Positions 1-9,559 of a DNA stretch of 64,000 bases are shown here, piece by piece. The stretch is from a virus. Lineage: Duplodnaviria > Caudoviricetes. Under the pieces are notes generated by a model. That model saw nothing but the letters and a program-made list of their open reading frames with translations, searched no databases and had not been told where the DNA came from. The stretch covers positions 1 through 64,000 of IMG/VR virus record IMGVR_UViG_3300047159_000040. One strand, 5' to 3'. The position numbers and the translations under genes were made by a program. Position 1 is the first letter of the stretch. The number at the start of each line of letters is the position of its first letter.

Positions 1-215
1 TATCTCTTCCCCAGCTCCTCGGACAGCATGGACTTCCCGGATCCCGGGGCCCCGACGATGAAGAGGATGTTGCTCCTCCCTTCCTCGAACGCGCCCATGT
101 TGATCGCCTGGTAGGACGACTTCCCCTCGGTGAGGGCGGATCCGTCGGATCCGAAGCCTTCGATCGCCATGATCTCATCCGGGGTTATGTAGTCCAGATC
201 GTATCCTTTGCCCAT
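1..215 (-). CDS. P-loop NTPase / nucleotide kinase-like protein (5' part only; runs off the window)
   Basis: Not in the ORF track. Manual translation from ATG 215 gives MGKGYDLDYITPDEIMAIEG...NILFIVGAPGSGKSMLSEELGKR, with Walker A GAPGSGKS after a hydrophobic strand. The start overlaps the late-promoter-like motif at 214-226. Confidence 0.75.
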   Translation of the reverse strand, partial: MGKGYDLDYITPDEIMAIEGFGSDGSALTEGKSSYQAINMGAFEEGRSNILFIVGAPGSGKSMLSEELGKR

Positions 216-1023
216 AATGCATTGTTGATCCGATCCCTCCGATTCCGGATTTTATTTTTTAGTTCCCACCGGATTCTACGCATTTCCGGAATGGAGGGCT
301 GACCTATCCGACGGATTCGTATGATCCTGCCGTATCCTTGGTCTTACCCTCATAGGAAATAATCCAACGTCATAGGATATCCCGTATATGCAGAATCTGC
401 GCATAGCCGCCTGACCATCACGACGGATTCCTCAGCATCCGCCTATGCCGACGTCGCGGATCCGTTTTATAAAAAGTGCACCCGATCCGGTATAATCCCG
501 CTCATCCATCCGATTCCATCAGGGGATTTTATTTTTTATTTCCTTGGGCGACGGATGCGACGGCCCAGGGATGGGATGCCCCCATATGGGAGAGGGGCCT
601 TATGCATGGCGCGTCGGATACGTCGGCGGAGGGATGGCGGAGATATGGCATGCCATTGCGCTTGGGAGGCGCGTCGGATCCGCCGGGATGGCAATGGGAT
701 GGCATTCCTATGGCATGGGATGACACGAGTCGGATCCGACGTGGGATGGCAGAGCTATGGCATACGATGGCGCTGGAAGACGGACGAGTCGGATACGTCG
801 GCGTCACGGGGCTTCACGCGTGAATTTTGTTCGCTGCTGAGAGAGATTCTTAGAAATCTGATTTTGTTTCTCCCCCGAAAACTATAGTGTTCATCGAATG
901 TTTTTGTCACTTCTAAGTATAGTGTGGCACTATTATGTCATAATTATGACATTATGGAAATAAAATAATATTTCGATGGCGCCTTATGGATAGCTATAGC
1001 ATGTCATAGCAATGCCATTAATT

Positions 1024-1052
1024 ATGACATTATTATGTCATTGGGGTATAAT
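1024..1052 (+). promoter_or_regulatory. sigma70/SigA-type promoter overlapped by an inverted repeat
   Basis: ATGACA (1024-1029), 17-nt spacer, TATAAT (1047-1052). The inverted repeat ATGACAT-tatt-ATGTCAT (1024-1041) covers the -35 box. Confidence 0.55.
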
Positions 1053-1057
1053 GGGAT

Positions 1058-1368
1058 CTGCTTAAGGACGCTTGGCCTCGCCCATGGGGAGAGCCAGGCA
1101 TTTCCGAAGAGCGCTCAGGCCGCCTGCGATGGCTGCCTGCGAATAAGTCGGCGCATCGCGCAAGCGGTCGCGTCGGATCGCCCGGGAGAGAATCCCCACA
1201 AGCGAGCTCGCCCGGCCAAACGCCGTGGCATACGCTGCCCTCGGATCCAGTCAGGAAGCTGGGGGCAGAGCCCGGCCTGGGTCTATGGCCCAACCGGAGG
1301 AAAGCGTCATCCGTCTGGAACGGCGGATGGGAGGAATCGGCGGCCAAGCATGCGGCCGCTTTTCTTTT
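1058..1368 (+). ncRNA. candidate structured non-coding RNA (~310 nt)
   Basis: Lies between the promoter at 1024-1052 and an intrinsic terminator (GCGGCC 1340-1345 / GGCCGC 1354-1359 + TTTTCTTTT). It has several GC-rich helices and no convincing ORF with an RBS. Confidence 0.45.
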
Positions 1369-1698
1369 GCTTAGGCCCGACCAAGGATCCCCATATATCC
1401 CATATGCCATATGGCGTCGTATCCGGACTGATCCGTCATATAGGATATCCCGCCCATCCCATATGGGGGAGGATCCCATGCGCATAGGGCAATGGCATAA
1501 TCATGACGATAAAAATAATATCCAACGGAGGCGCATGCCATCCATGGAATATAGCCTATGACATCCTTGGCGCTCATCTTAATAACTTGATAAGAAACGG
1601 ATCCGACCCATCCGATGAGGCATATTGATCCTCTTGGCCATGATCGTCGTATTCCCTGGGATGCCCGCCATCGCCATCGCCCCATATGGATCCCCGCC

Positions 1699-2034
1699 TC
1701 ACTCAATGATCGTCGTCATCGTCAGCCCGGAGTCGCCTTTGAGCTCCTCGGACACCTCTTCGGCGTTGCCCGGGGACATCAGTGCCTCCAATTCCGAAAT
1801 GGCGTCGGATGCGTCGGACAGCCTGTTGATCGCCATGACCCATCCTTTGCCGATGACCCAATAGATCCTCACCGCACCGGACGAGGGATCCCATTCCGAA
1901 TACGACGGCTTCCCATCCAGCCCGAGGGCCTTCGAGGCGGCGGATGCCATCTTGCTTATGCGGCGGTCGGTGATTCCCATGCCGATATGATAACCCATGC
2001 GGAGGGAAGGATCAACATAAAAGAAAAGGGCCAT
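1699..2034 (-). CDS. hypothetical protein
   Basis: ORF 1699..2076 with likely start MALFFYVD at 2034. It is preceded by a TTGACG-17-CATACT promoter. Confidence 0.5.
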   Translation of the reverse strand: MALFFYVDPSLRMGYHIGMGITDRRISKMASAASKALGLDGKPSYSEWDPSSGAVRIYWVIGKGWVMAINRLSDASDAISELEALMSPGNAEEVSEELKGDSGLTMTTIIE

Positions 2035-2102
2035 CCCTGCCGACGCACTCTCCGGAGGCGATGGACCCGATCCCAAACCCTATCAGGTTTATGTGCGACT
2101 AC

Positions 2103-2131
2103 AGTATGCCACGCATATCGAGTGCCGTCAA
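2103..2131 (-). promoter_or_regulatory. sigma70-type promoter
   Basis: Minus-strand TTGACG (2131-2126), 17-nt spacer, CATACT (2108-2103). Confidence 0.55.
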
Positions 2132-2341
2132 GGGTCTGAACAGGCCGGTCCAGGCGGATGCGCCCTTCCCGGTCAATGCCCCATCATTATACGGCATATG
2201 GCCCCATGGGGCAAGGGCCCTGAAGTCTGCTCCATGCTCCGCTGTGATGAATGGAAGGCCACGCCGCCCCATCCGGGATTTATTTTTTTTATTTCCTTGA
2301 TTATGGATATATCATTCCTGTGCAAAGGAGGGAACGGGCAT

Positions 2342-2467
2342 ATGGCTCCCATCGATTTCGGATGCGGATACAACGCCGACGAGTCCATAATCCGATATCT
2401 GAGGGGTATCGGAACCGATGAGTCGAATATGGCCGCCGACAGGATCCTGCTCGATCTGATGGTCTGA
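2342..2467 (+). CDS. 41-aa mini-paralogue (N-terminal and C-terminal motifs only) of the adjacent repeat family
   Basis: RBS AAGGAGGG at ~2325. The product MAPIDFGCGYNADESIIRYLRGIGTDESNMAADRILLDLMV joins the PIDFGCG start of the 2504/3202 genes directly to the family C-terminus. Confidence 0.6.
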   Translation: MAPIDFGCGYNADESIIRYLRGIGTDESNMAADRILLDLMV

Positions 2468-2503
2468 CGCCCAACCCTCAAGAAAGGAAAATAAAAAATA
2501 AAT

Positions 2504-3172
2504 ATGGAACCCATCGATTTCGGATGCGGCAAGAATCTCAACGAAGGCAACATCAACTCGCCATACAGATACTCCATGGCCTTCATCATGGGGATCCTCA
2601 GAAGCGCCAGGCTCAAAGGCATACAGGCCATCTGCAAGCTCGCGACAAAGCGAAACAGCGAAGAGGATTTCTGGAGAAGCGTCAGCGTCATATTGGGCAC
2701 CGGCGCCAAGAAGATGATATTCATATCCCAGAAGGACGGCTGCTGCCAGGACGATGTCTCATTGGACGCAGAGTCCATAGACTCGGATATGAAAGAGCTC
2801 GGCATGCTTAAGATCGTCCAAGGCAAAGACCGCATATTCTCCGATCCGAAGTATGCCGATATCCTGGCTTACTGCAGCCAGGAAGTCCTGAAGTACGTCG
2901 ATGTCGTGTCGCCTTTGCTGTCCGAGGACATCGGGCAGAAATCCATAGGATTCGCGATCCCGAGGAAAAACTCGTTCCGCGACACGCTGGACGAAGAGTT
3001 CGACGTATCATATGCCTGGAAGATAGACAAGGATATCCTGCCTATCAGGATCATCACCGACAAAGACGCGCGCAGAATGTCTGAAGAATGCGTGATCCCG
3101 TTTCTGAGGGAAATAGGAACATGCGACGCGATTGAGGCGATCGACAGAATATCGATCGACCTCAGGATCTGA
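2504..3172 (+). CDS. paralogue family A member 1, function unknown
   Basis: 222-aa ORF with family motifs ILGTGAK, NSFRDT and C-terminal FLREIG..AIEAIDRISIDLRI. Confidence 0.85.
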   Translation: MEPIDFGCGKNLNEGNINSPYRYSMAFIMGILRSARLKGIQAICKLATKRNSEEDFWRSVSVILGTGAKKMIFISQKDGCCQDDVSLDAESIDSDMKELGMLKIVQGKDRIFSDPKYADILAYCSQEVLKYVDVVSPLLSEDIGQKSIGFAIPRKNSFRDTLDEEFDVSYAWKIDKDILPIRIITDKDARRMSEECVIPFLREIGTCDAIEAIDRISIDLRI

Positions 3173-3201
3173 CCCCTCGGAAAGGAAAATAAAAAATAAA
3201 T

Positions 3202-3879
3202 ATGGAACCCATCGATTTCGGATGCGGATGGAATCTTAACGAGCACTCGAAGGCCAAAGATCGGTACTCGATAAGCCGAATCCGCGAAGTCATAGCCAAG
3301 GCGAGAAGCCTTGGCATACCTGCCATCGCGACCTTGAGATACGACGAAGACAGCGAAGACGGAATCCTCAGAAAGACGAACTTCAACATGGCCGCGCTGC
3401 TGGGGACCGGTGCCAAGAAGATGATATACGAATCGTATATAGACTCTGACAAAAACAGCTCCATGCCGAAGCAACTTCTCGACATCGAATTCGAGATGCG
3501 CGATTCCGGGATGCTTAAAGTCATCGAAGGATCCGACGACGTGAGGATGTATTCCGGGGCGCACGTCATCTCATACTGCAGCAAAGAGGCCATCAAGTAT
3601 TTCGGGATAGTGTCTCCGCTAAAATCTGAATGCGTCGACGAGACGTCGATCGGCGTTCTGCTTCCGAGGGCCAATCTATTCCGCGACACGTTCGATTCGG
3701 AGATCGCCAGCGAATACACTTCGCGAGGAAACAGCAACGTCGTTCCGATCAGACTCATCACGATGCTGTCTCCGTTTAAAAACCAGATCGAAAGAGACGT
3801 CGTGGCCCACCTGCGCGAAATCGGCTCCCAAGACGCCATCGAAGCCATCGCGAGGATAACGCTAGATCTGGAGATCTGA
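3202..3879 (+). CDS. paralogue family A member 2
   Basis: 225 aa. Shares its upstream/5' sequence with 2504 (GAAAGGAAAATAAAAAATAAATATGGAACCCATCGATTTCGGATGCGG). Motifs LLGTGAK and NLFRDT. Confidence 0.85.
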   Translation: MEPIDFGCGWNLNEHSKAKDRYSISRIREVIAKARSLGIPAIATLRYDEDSEDGILRKTNFNMAALLGTGAKKMIYESYIDSDKNSSMPKQLLDIEFEMRDSGMLKVIEGSDDVRMYSGAHVISYCSKEAIKYFGIVSPLKSECVDETSIGVLLPRANLFRDTFDSEIASEYTSRGNSNVVPIRLITMLSPFKNQIERDVVAHLREIGSQDAIEAIARITLDLEI

Positions 3880-3892
3880 CCAAAGAAAGGAG

Positions 3893-4516
3893 ATGATCGA
3901 TATGAAGACTCTGGATGAAATAGATTACAATATCGTGCTAGACGTTCTTAAGAAATCAAGGGCTCATGGCATCCCGGCAATCGCCTCAGTCAATGTGGAA
4001 TGGTTCGGATACTGCGTGGGCGAGAGTGGCCGCATATCGATCGACATCGTCCTTGGCACCGGATCCAAATACTTTAGGATCTCTAGCCGCGTCGTGAACA
4101 GCAAGGACGCCAAGGCAAGCGTCAGACTGTTCGAAGGATACGCAAAAAGCTTTGGCATGTTCAAGGCGTTCGAAGGAGCCGACGATTTAGGGTCTAACCA
4201 ATGCGTGAAATTCATATACGCCACGGAAGAGGCCATCAAATACTTCGACATCATCTCGTTCAAAAATGAAGCATCTTCTTCGGCATACGTCGGATTCAAT
4301 ATCCCAAAAGCTAACGCGTTTCGCGATACCTTGCCTGACGAGATGGCCAAGGATCCTTATGAGAAAGACGAAGATCTTATGCAGATTGTCTGTGCCAAGA
4401 TTTCCGTTACTAAGCAAATGCTAAACGAATCGGCCATATCGTTTCTGAAGCAGCATGGGTCGGATGACTCGTTGGCCGCAGCCGATAGGATAGCCATGTC
4501 TGCGATGCTACTATGA
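3893..4516 (+). CDS. paralogue family A member 3
   Basis: 207 aa with GIPAIA, VLGTGSK and NAFRDT. RBS AAGGAG; the true start may be 3902. Confidence 0.85.
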   Translation: MIDMKTLDEIDYNIVLDVLKKSRAHGIPAIASVNVEWFGYCVGESGRISIDIVLGTGSKYFRISSRVVNSKDAKASVRLFEGYAKSFGMFKAFEGADDLGSNQCVKFIYATEEAIKYFDIISFKNEASSSAYVGFNIPKANAFRDTLPDEMAKDPYEKDEDLMQIVCAKISVTKQMLNESAISFLKQHGSDDSLAAADRIAMSAMLL

Positions 4517-4527
4517 AAGGAGGGCCC

Positions 4528-5169
4528 ATGAAAAAGCTATTGCATGTCGAGAAAGGCGCAAACGAAGGAGAATTCATCGATACGAGCGGCATTCCTTATC
4601 TGCTTAAAGTTATGAAAGAAGCCAGCGCCATGGGAATCGAGGAGATCCTTGTAGTCAGAAGCTTCAAGATCGTATGCGCTTATCTGTATCTCGGATCTGG
4701 ATCCGACAAGATGTACGTCGAAAGCTGCACTAAAGAAGAATCCGATCCTGAGATAATCGAAACCATCAAATCCATAGATTCGGAGGCGTCTGCCTGCGGG
4801 ATGGTGAAAGCCGTCGAAAGCGTTATTGAGCCAGCTGTGTGCTCTATCAGATCAAATGGGTATGCGAGCAAAGGATCGCTTCGCTATCTTGAGATCGGAA
4901 AATTGGGAGATAGAAGCAGTCGCATAACTTTCGATATACCCATCAACTCATCATTCAGAGACTCAATCAACGAAGAAAGAGCATTATCAAAGCTTGCTCC
5001 TATTCCTGAAAACAAATGCCTGCAATTCGGCGTTACGGCGTTTTGCTCAACCTGCTCATCCAGCGGGTCATTCGTCAAAAGGCATGTCTTGGATTTGCTG
5101 AGAAAGTCAGGCTGCGAAGAAGCGATTGCTGTTGCAGATAGGCTTGAAGTCGATTGCAGGATTTTATAG
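4528..5169 (+). CDS. paralogue family A member 4
   Basis: Motifs YLGSGS, NSSFRDS and LRKSGCEEAIAVADRLEVDCRIL. Start moved to ATG 4528, after the RBS GAAAGGAGG. Confidence 0.8.
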   Translation: MKKLLHVEKGANEGEFIDTSGIPYLLKVMKEASAMGIEEILVVRSFKIVCAYLYLGSGSDKMYVESCTKEESDPEIIETIKSIDSEASACGMVKAVESVIEPAVCSIRSNGYASKGSLRYLEIGKLGDRSSRITFDIPINSSFRDSINEERALSKLAPIPENKCLQFGVTAFCSTCSSSGSFVKRHVLDLLRKSGCEEAIAVADRLEVDCRIL

Positions 5170-5188
5170 AGGAAAGGAGGTAAATCCC

Positions 5189-5905
5189 ATGCTATTAGAA
5201 ACTGGGATAGGCTTCGATGTCTATTCCGAAGAGTCGAAGTCGCAATACGCCGAAGTCATGAGCGTGATAGACCTATCTCTTAAGATGGGCATACCCGTAG
5301 TGGCTATCATATCATACGGGCTGAACGCATATCATGCGGGGGCCATTCTCGGAAGCGGGGCCAGCCATATGCTGCTAAAGTCGCAAGACGAAGACTTCCC
5401 TGAAGCAAAGCTAGGAGACGATATCAGATTAGACGGAAGCTGGGATCTTGACGTCCGCAGAAAATCAGATCGCAGCGTCGTCAACGATTTCGTCAAGTTC
5501 GCAAGGGAATGGCATCTCATCGAGGTGGCAAGCTGCATGGACGTGGCCCTTGGGGATAATAAAATTATTTTCGCCAGCGAGGTAGCCATCAAATACATCG
5601 CGATCGAGTGCGACAAAGAGTCTGGGAGAAACATGCTGACTTTCGAATTCCCTAAAGTCAATGACTTCAGAGACACGTTCGAGCAAGAGATCTCCAAATG
5701 CGGCAAATACAAAGGATTGGAATCCCTGTTCATCGAGATCGCCACGATCGGATTCAATTTCGCTTTCACCAGCGATTCGGGCATCAATCTGTCGCAAGAG
5801 CTGCCTAAGACGATCAAGCGCTGCGTATCCGATGTCCTTAGAAGCTCTGGAAACGAAGAGGCCATCAACAAAGCCGATGAGATAGAGCTTGATCTTAAGA
5901 TCTAA
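5189..5905 (+). CDS. paralogue family A member 5
   Basis: Motifs ILGSGASH, NDFRDT and ADEIELDLKI. RBS AAAGGAGG precedes ATG 5189. Confidence 0.85.
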   Translation: MLLETGIGFDVYSEESKSQYAEVMSVIDLSLKMGIPVVAIISYGLNAYHAGAILGSGASHMLLKSQDEDFPEAKLGDDIRLDGSWDLDVRRKSDRSVVNDFVKFAREWHLIEVASCMDVALGDNKIIFASEVAIKYIAIECDKESGRNMLTFEFPKVNDFRDTFEQEISKCGKYKGLESLFIEIATIGFNFAFTSDSGINLSQELPKTIKRCVSDVLRSSGNEEAINKADEIELDLKI

Positions 5906-5922
5906 AGAAAGGAGGCAAACCT

Positions 5923-6612
5923 ATGCATATGATATTATTGGACGATAAATTAGGATATAACATCTATTCTATTGGCGAGCCGAAAGCGCAGTATATCGAA
6001 GTCATTGGAGTGATAGACAGATGCGTCAAACTTGGGATTCCAGTTATTATACGATTGTCATATAGCATAAAGGCATATCAGATAACCGCCATTCTTGGTA
6101 GCGGAGCTAGCCATATGCTGGTTAAATCTGTATCAGATTATTTTCATAATTTTGTGCACGATATCGAAGCAGACAGATCAATCGTCAAATATTTCATTAA
6201 GCGCGCAAAGGAATGGAATCTTATTGAAACCGCCATCGGGGTTGATGCTGATTCAGGGGATAGAACGATTATCTTTGTAAGCGAAAAAGCCATCAAGTAC
6301 ATCACTATAGACAGTTCAGAAACTACTAATGAGAATGCGCGATACATATTCGGATTCGAGCTACCGAAATATAATGACTTCAGAGATACTTTTGAGCATG
6401 AGATGTCATTAAGCGATCAGTATAAGGATGATGACGCAATTTTGATCAAATTCATGACTTTGATATATGAAATAAATGGTTCTCATATTGAGTCATTTCA
6501 TCACCATATCAATGAAACGATCAATAACAGAGTCATCAGTATCCTTCGTAGCTCAGGATGCGCTGAAGCCGTAATAAAAGCCAATGAGCTAGAGCTTGAT
6601 CTTAAGATCTAA
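5923..6612 (+). CDS. paralogue family A member 6
   Basis: Close paralogue of 5189..5905 (ILGSGASH, NDFRDT, ANELELDLKI). RBS AAAGGAGG. Confidence 0.85.
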   Translation: MHMILLDDKLGYNIYSIGEPKAQYIEVIGVIDRCVKLGIPVIIRLSYSIKAYQITAILGSGASHMLVKSVSDYFHNFVHDIEADRSIVKYFIKRAKEWNLIETAIGVDADSGDRTIIFVSEKAIKYITIDSSETTNENARYIFGFELPKYNDFRDTFEHEMSLSDQYKDDDAILIKFMTLIYEINGSHIESFHHHINETINNRVISILRSSGCAEAVIKANELELDLKI

Positions 6613-6624
6613 AGAAAGGAGGAA

Positions 6625-7362
6625 ATGCTTATGCATATTCATGAGCTAGCCGGAAGCTATGCCGGAGTAGAGTTCCCAGACATCAGAGCTAATGAGTGCA
6701 AATACGATCAGGCATTCAATATCTTAGTAGATGCCATCAAATGCGGAGTAAGCGCTTGCGTATCGCTTTCTTACAACAATCTTCTGTACAGAATGCATGC
6801 GCTGCTTGGCACTGGATCGAAATATATGCACATAATGTGCGAACCTACTGAATGCCTAGATTCTACAAAGGTAGGCCTCGAGGATTCCCATAATACACTG
6901 TCGTATATCGTAAGCTCGTTTGACAGCACTATGCGAGATCTCGGGATGCTGTTCATCTGCGAAGGATACGATGACTATACGGGCGAGCATGTTCTGATCT
7001 ATGCTTCCGAGAACGCTGTGAAGTACTTAGATTTCAACGATATCGTATACAATAATGACAACGTATGGGGCAAGATATCGTCTGAGTATCTGAATAAGCC
7101 TGTTTCCATCGGATTTCGCTTTCCTAGGAACAACGATTTCAGGTCGACCACTTCCAAAGAAATGGATAGCTACTCTAACAAGAACGACTGCTTTTTTGTA
7201 AGCATGATCGATATATGCGACGACAAACCTACCAGGCTTCACAGCAATTCAAAGACAGCCTACGAGCGAGCCGAAAGATACGTCATCGGAAATCTCAAAG
7301 CATGCAATAGCGAAGAGGCGAACTTAGCTATCGACAGATTAGAGATGTTCGTCAAGACCTGA
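6625..7362 (+). CDS. paralogue family A member 7
   Basis: Motifs LLGTGSK, NDFRST and AIDRLEMFVKT. RBS AAAGGAGG. Confidence 0.85.
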   Translation: MLMHIHELAGSYAGVEFPDIRANECKYDQAFNILVDAIKCGVSACVSLSYNNLLYRMHALLGTGSKYMHIMCEPTECLDSTKVGLEDSHNTLSYIVSSFDSTMRDLGMLFICEGYDDYTGEHVLIYASENAVKYLDFNDIVYNNDNVWGKISSEYLNKPVSIGFRFPRNNDFRSTTSKEMDSYSNKNDCFFVSMIDICDDKPTRLHSNSKTAYERAERYVIGNLKACNSEEANLAIDRLEMFVKT

Positions 7363-7375
7363 GGAGGATGCTGAT

Positions 7376-8251
7376 ATGTTTCATAGATTTTTGCGAAGGA
7401 TCATGACATCAAAGAAAAGCTTTAAAAACTTATCCGAGATGCGGGTATCGTCTCTTTCTCTGAAAGAGACTGCCCAGTTGAAAGAAACCGGAGTTCTTGA
7501 CTTTGTGCAGTATAAGCAGTCTAACGGAAGCACGCCTATGATCAGAATCGGATATGGATACTCATCGTTTTACGATTCCACTGACGAAAGTGATCATATG
7601 GATCTCTGCCTGATTGATATGCTGAATGATAGAATCAAGTACTCCGGATGCTGCGATGTCGTGTCTCCTGTTAGATACGACGATCGCGAATACGATTTCA
7701 GAGAATACTCGTTCCAAAATGGCATCAAAAGCAAGCGCATCGCCGCATACTTGGCTAAAGTCCTTGTCGATAAATACGGAATGGCGATCGTGTATGATGG
7801 AAAATCATTCATGTTCGAGGAATTCGGATACCATCGCGAGATGATCCTCGTCGGGAAATCCGAAGTTGAAAAAACAAAGATGCTGATCATGGTAGCTGAT
7901 GGAAGAGTGCTGAACATCGATCACATCATATCGCTTAGAAAGCATTTGGTCTGTACGACGAGATATGAAAAAACATACAATCCGTTACGTAAGAAAGTTC
8001 TAGATCATAAGATAATCATGGCGACATTCGTATTCGGAGATTTACACGATAGCGCATGCGAAAAATGCAGCCCAAACAAAGTATGCCCGATGCATAGCGA
8101 CTTCGTTAGGCAGCATTACGGAGTGACCAACTTCTTTAGCTGCGAGCAAGATGCCGCTGAATTCTTCAAAGACAACGTTATCAGCCGTATAGCGCAATAC
8201 AACAAGCCGGCTGCCGATTCGATCGAGCTAAGCCTCAAAGTTTTAGTTTAG
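7376..8251 (+). CDS. family B hypothetical protein with a CxxC..CxxH motif
   Basis: 291-aa ORF with RBS GAGGAGG. Motifs IRIGYGYS and KYGMAIVYDG; C-terminus AADSIELSLKVLV. Confidence 0.8.
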   Translation: MFHRFLRRIMTSKKSFKNLSEMRVSSLSLKETAQLKETGVLDFVQYKQSNGSTPMIRIGYGYSSFYDSTDESDHMDLCLIDMLNDRIKYSGCCDVVSPVRYDDREYDFREYSFQNGIKSKRIAAYLAKVLVDKYGMAIVYDGKSFMFEEFGYHREMILVGKSEVEKTKMLIMVADGRVLNIDHIISLRKHLVCTTRYEKTYNPLRKKVLDHKIIMATFVFGDLHDSACEKCSPNKVCPMHSDFVRQHYGVTNFFSCEQDAAEFFKDNVISRIAQYNKPAADSIELSLKVLV

Positions 8252-9379
8252 CCTTAAGAAAGGAGGCACAATTATGTCAGATGATAGCCATACGATAACA
8301 TTCGTATCGAGAAAGACGTTCAAGCCGCTGTCGAATATGCTGGTGACGAAGATCAGTAAGCGGGACAAGCCCGAGCTAGAGGATATGGGGATTTTAAAAT
8401 AATTTCCGATCGCGAAGCAAAAGGAATCCCGTCAATCGTCAGAATAGGCTATGGGTATTCTAAGACCTATACGACCAATACCTATCACGATACCTATCCT
8501 GGCTTCTTCAAAGCGATCGACGCCAGGGCCAAATACGCAAACAGATGCTACATCGCAATGCCGGCATGCCATGGCGACGTTGATGCCAAGATCAATGACC
8601 GGCGCGGCTATGTCTATGGCTGCTATGCGAGCAACCGTCGCTTGACTGCATACATTGTCAATTACCTCGAAGAGAAATATGGCATGATCGCGGCGTTCGA
8701 TGGATACTCAGGCATGTTCAGAGATTTCGGGTATAAGCGAGAGCTGATCCTGATCGACAAAGAATTATTCAGCAAGATAAAGGTCGTTTTATACGACAGC
8801 AGCGAATCGTATGAGCTATACGAGATAAATGCAGACAATATAGAAGACGATCTTCAGATCGGAGTTTGCACGCTCGATGCCAGAATAGAATCAGAATGCC
8901 GCTAGATCATAAGATAATCATGGCGACATTCGTATTCGGAGATTTACACGATAGCGCATGCGAAAAATGCAGCCCAAACAAAGTATGCCCGATGCATAGC
9001 GACTTCGTTAGGCAGCATTACGGAGTGACCAACTTCTTTAGCTGCGAGCAAGATGCCGCTGAATTCTTCAAAGACAACGTTATCAGCCGTATAGCGCAAT
9101 ACAGCAAGCCGGCTGCCGATTCGATCGAGCTAAGCCTCAAAGTTTAGTTTAGCCTTAAGAAAGGAGGCACAATTATGTCAGATGATAGCCATACGATAAC
9201 ATTCGTATCGAGAAAGACGTTCAAGCCGCTGTCGAATATGCTGGTGACGAAGATCAGTAAGCGGGACAAGCCCGAGCTAGAGGATATGGGGATTTTAAAA
9301 ATAATTTCCGATCGCTAAGCAAAAGGAATCCCGTCAATCGTCAGAATAGGCTATGGGTATTCTAAGACCTATACGACCA
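8000..9379 (+). repeat. 478-bp direct repeat (8000-8477 and 8902-9379)
   Basis: Both copies run from CTAGATCATAAG to ATACGACCA. Four differences were seen by eye: two substitutions and two homopolymer indels. Confidence 0.9.
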
Positions 9380-9526
9380 GGAATGCTTTTTGAGTCGTTA
9401 TTAGACAAAAACGACGAATTCGGAGAGCAAGCATTCTCCAATGTCGTTAAATTCTATTTCTTACCACACATCAAAAAGTTCAACGCTACGCTATGCGATT
9501 CGATATTGCTTGACTTAGGCATATGA
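8274..9526 (+). pseudogene. disrupted family B paralogue
   Basis: RBS AAAGGAGG, then ATG 8274 MSDDSHTITFVSRKTFKPLS... A frameshift at the A4 run ~8396 stops it. Restoring one A gives ...IVRIGYGYSKT...KYGMIAAFDG..., homologous to 7376..8251. It is interrupted at 8902 by a duplicated block, and the C-terminal remnant ...CDSILLDLGI* ends at 9526. Confidence 0.7.
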
Positions 9527-9559
9527 AAAGAACCCGGATCGCTCCGAGTTCTTTTTTTT
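9526..9559. terminator. bidirectional intrinsic terminator
   Basis: AAAAGAACCCGGA-tcgc-TCCGAGTTCTTTTTTTT between convergent genes. Confidence 0.75.

Noticed and set aside
1579-1701. In-frame continuation past TGA at 1699 suggesting stop-codon recoding
   Set aside because: TGA, TAG and TAA all end genes cleanly before an RBS or terminator elsewhere (e.g. 3172, 3879, 5169, 52521), so the standard code fits.
476-1706. ORF-track calls 476..823, 529..807, 555..887, 1033..1485, 1035..1487 and 1371..1706
   Set aside because: They are low-complexity products driven by ATGGC/GGATCC repeats and lack an RBS. ORF 1035..1487 also starts inside a promoter and crosses a terminator.
8894-9386. GAATGC on both sides of the duplicated block as a target-site duplication
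   Set aside because: It is offset from the repeat ends, there is no transposase or terminal repeat, and rejoining at it does not restore the reading frame.
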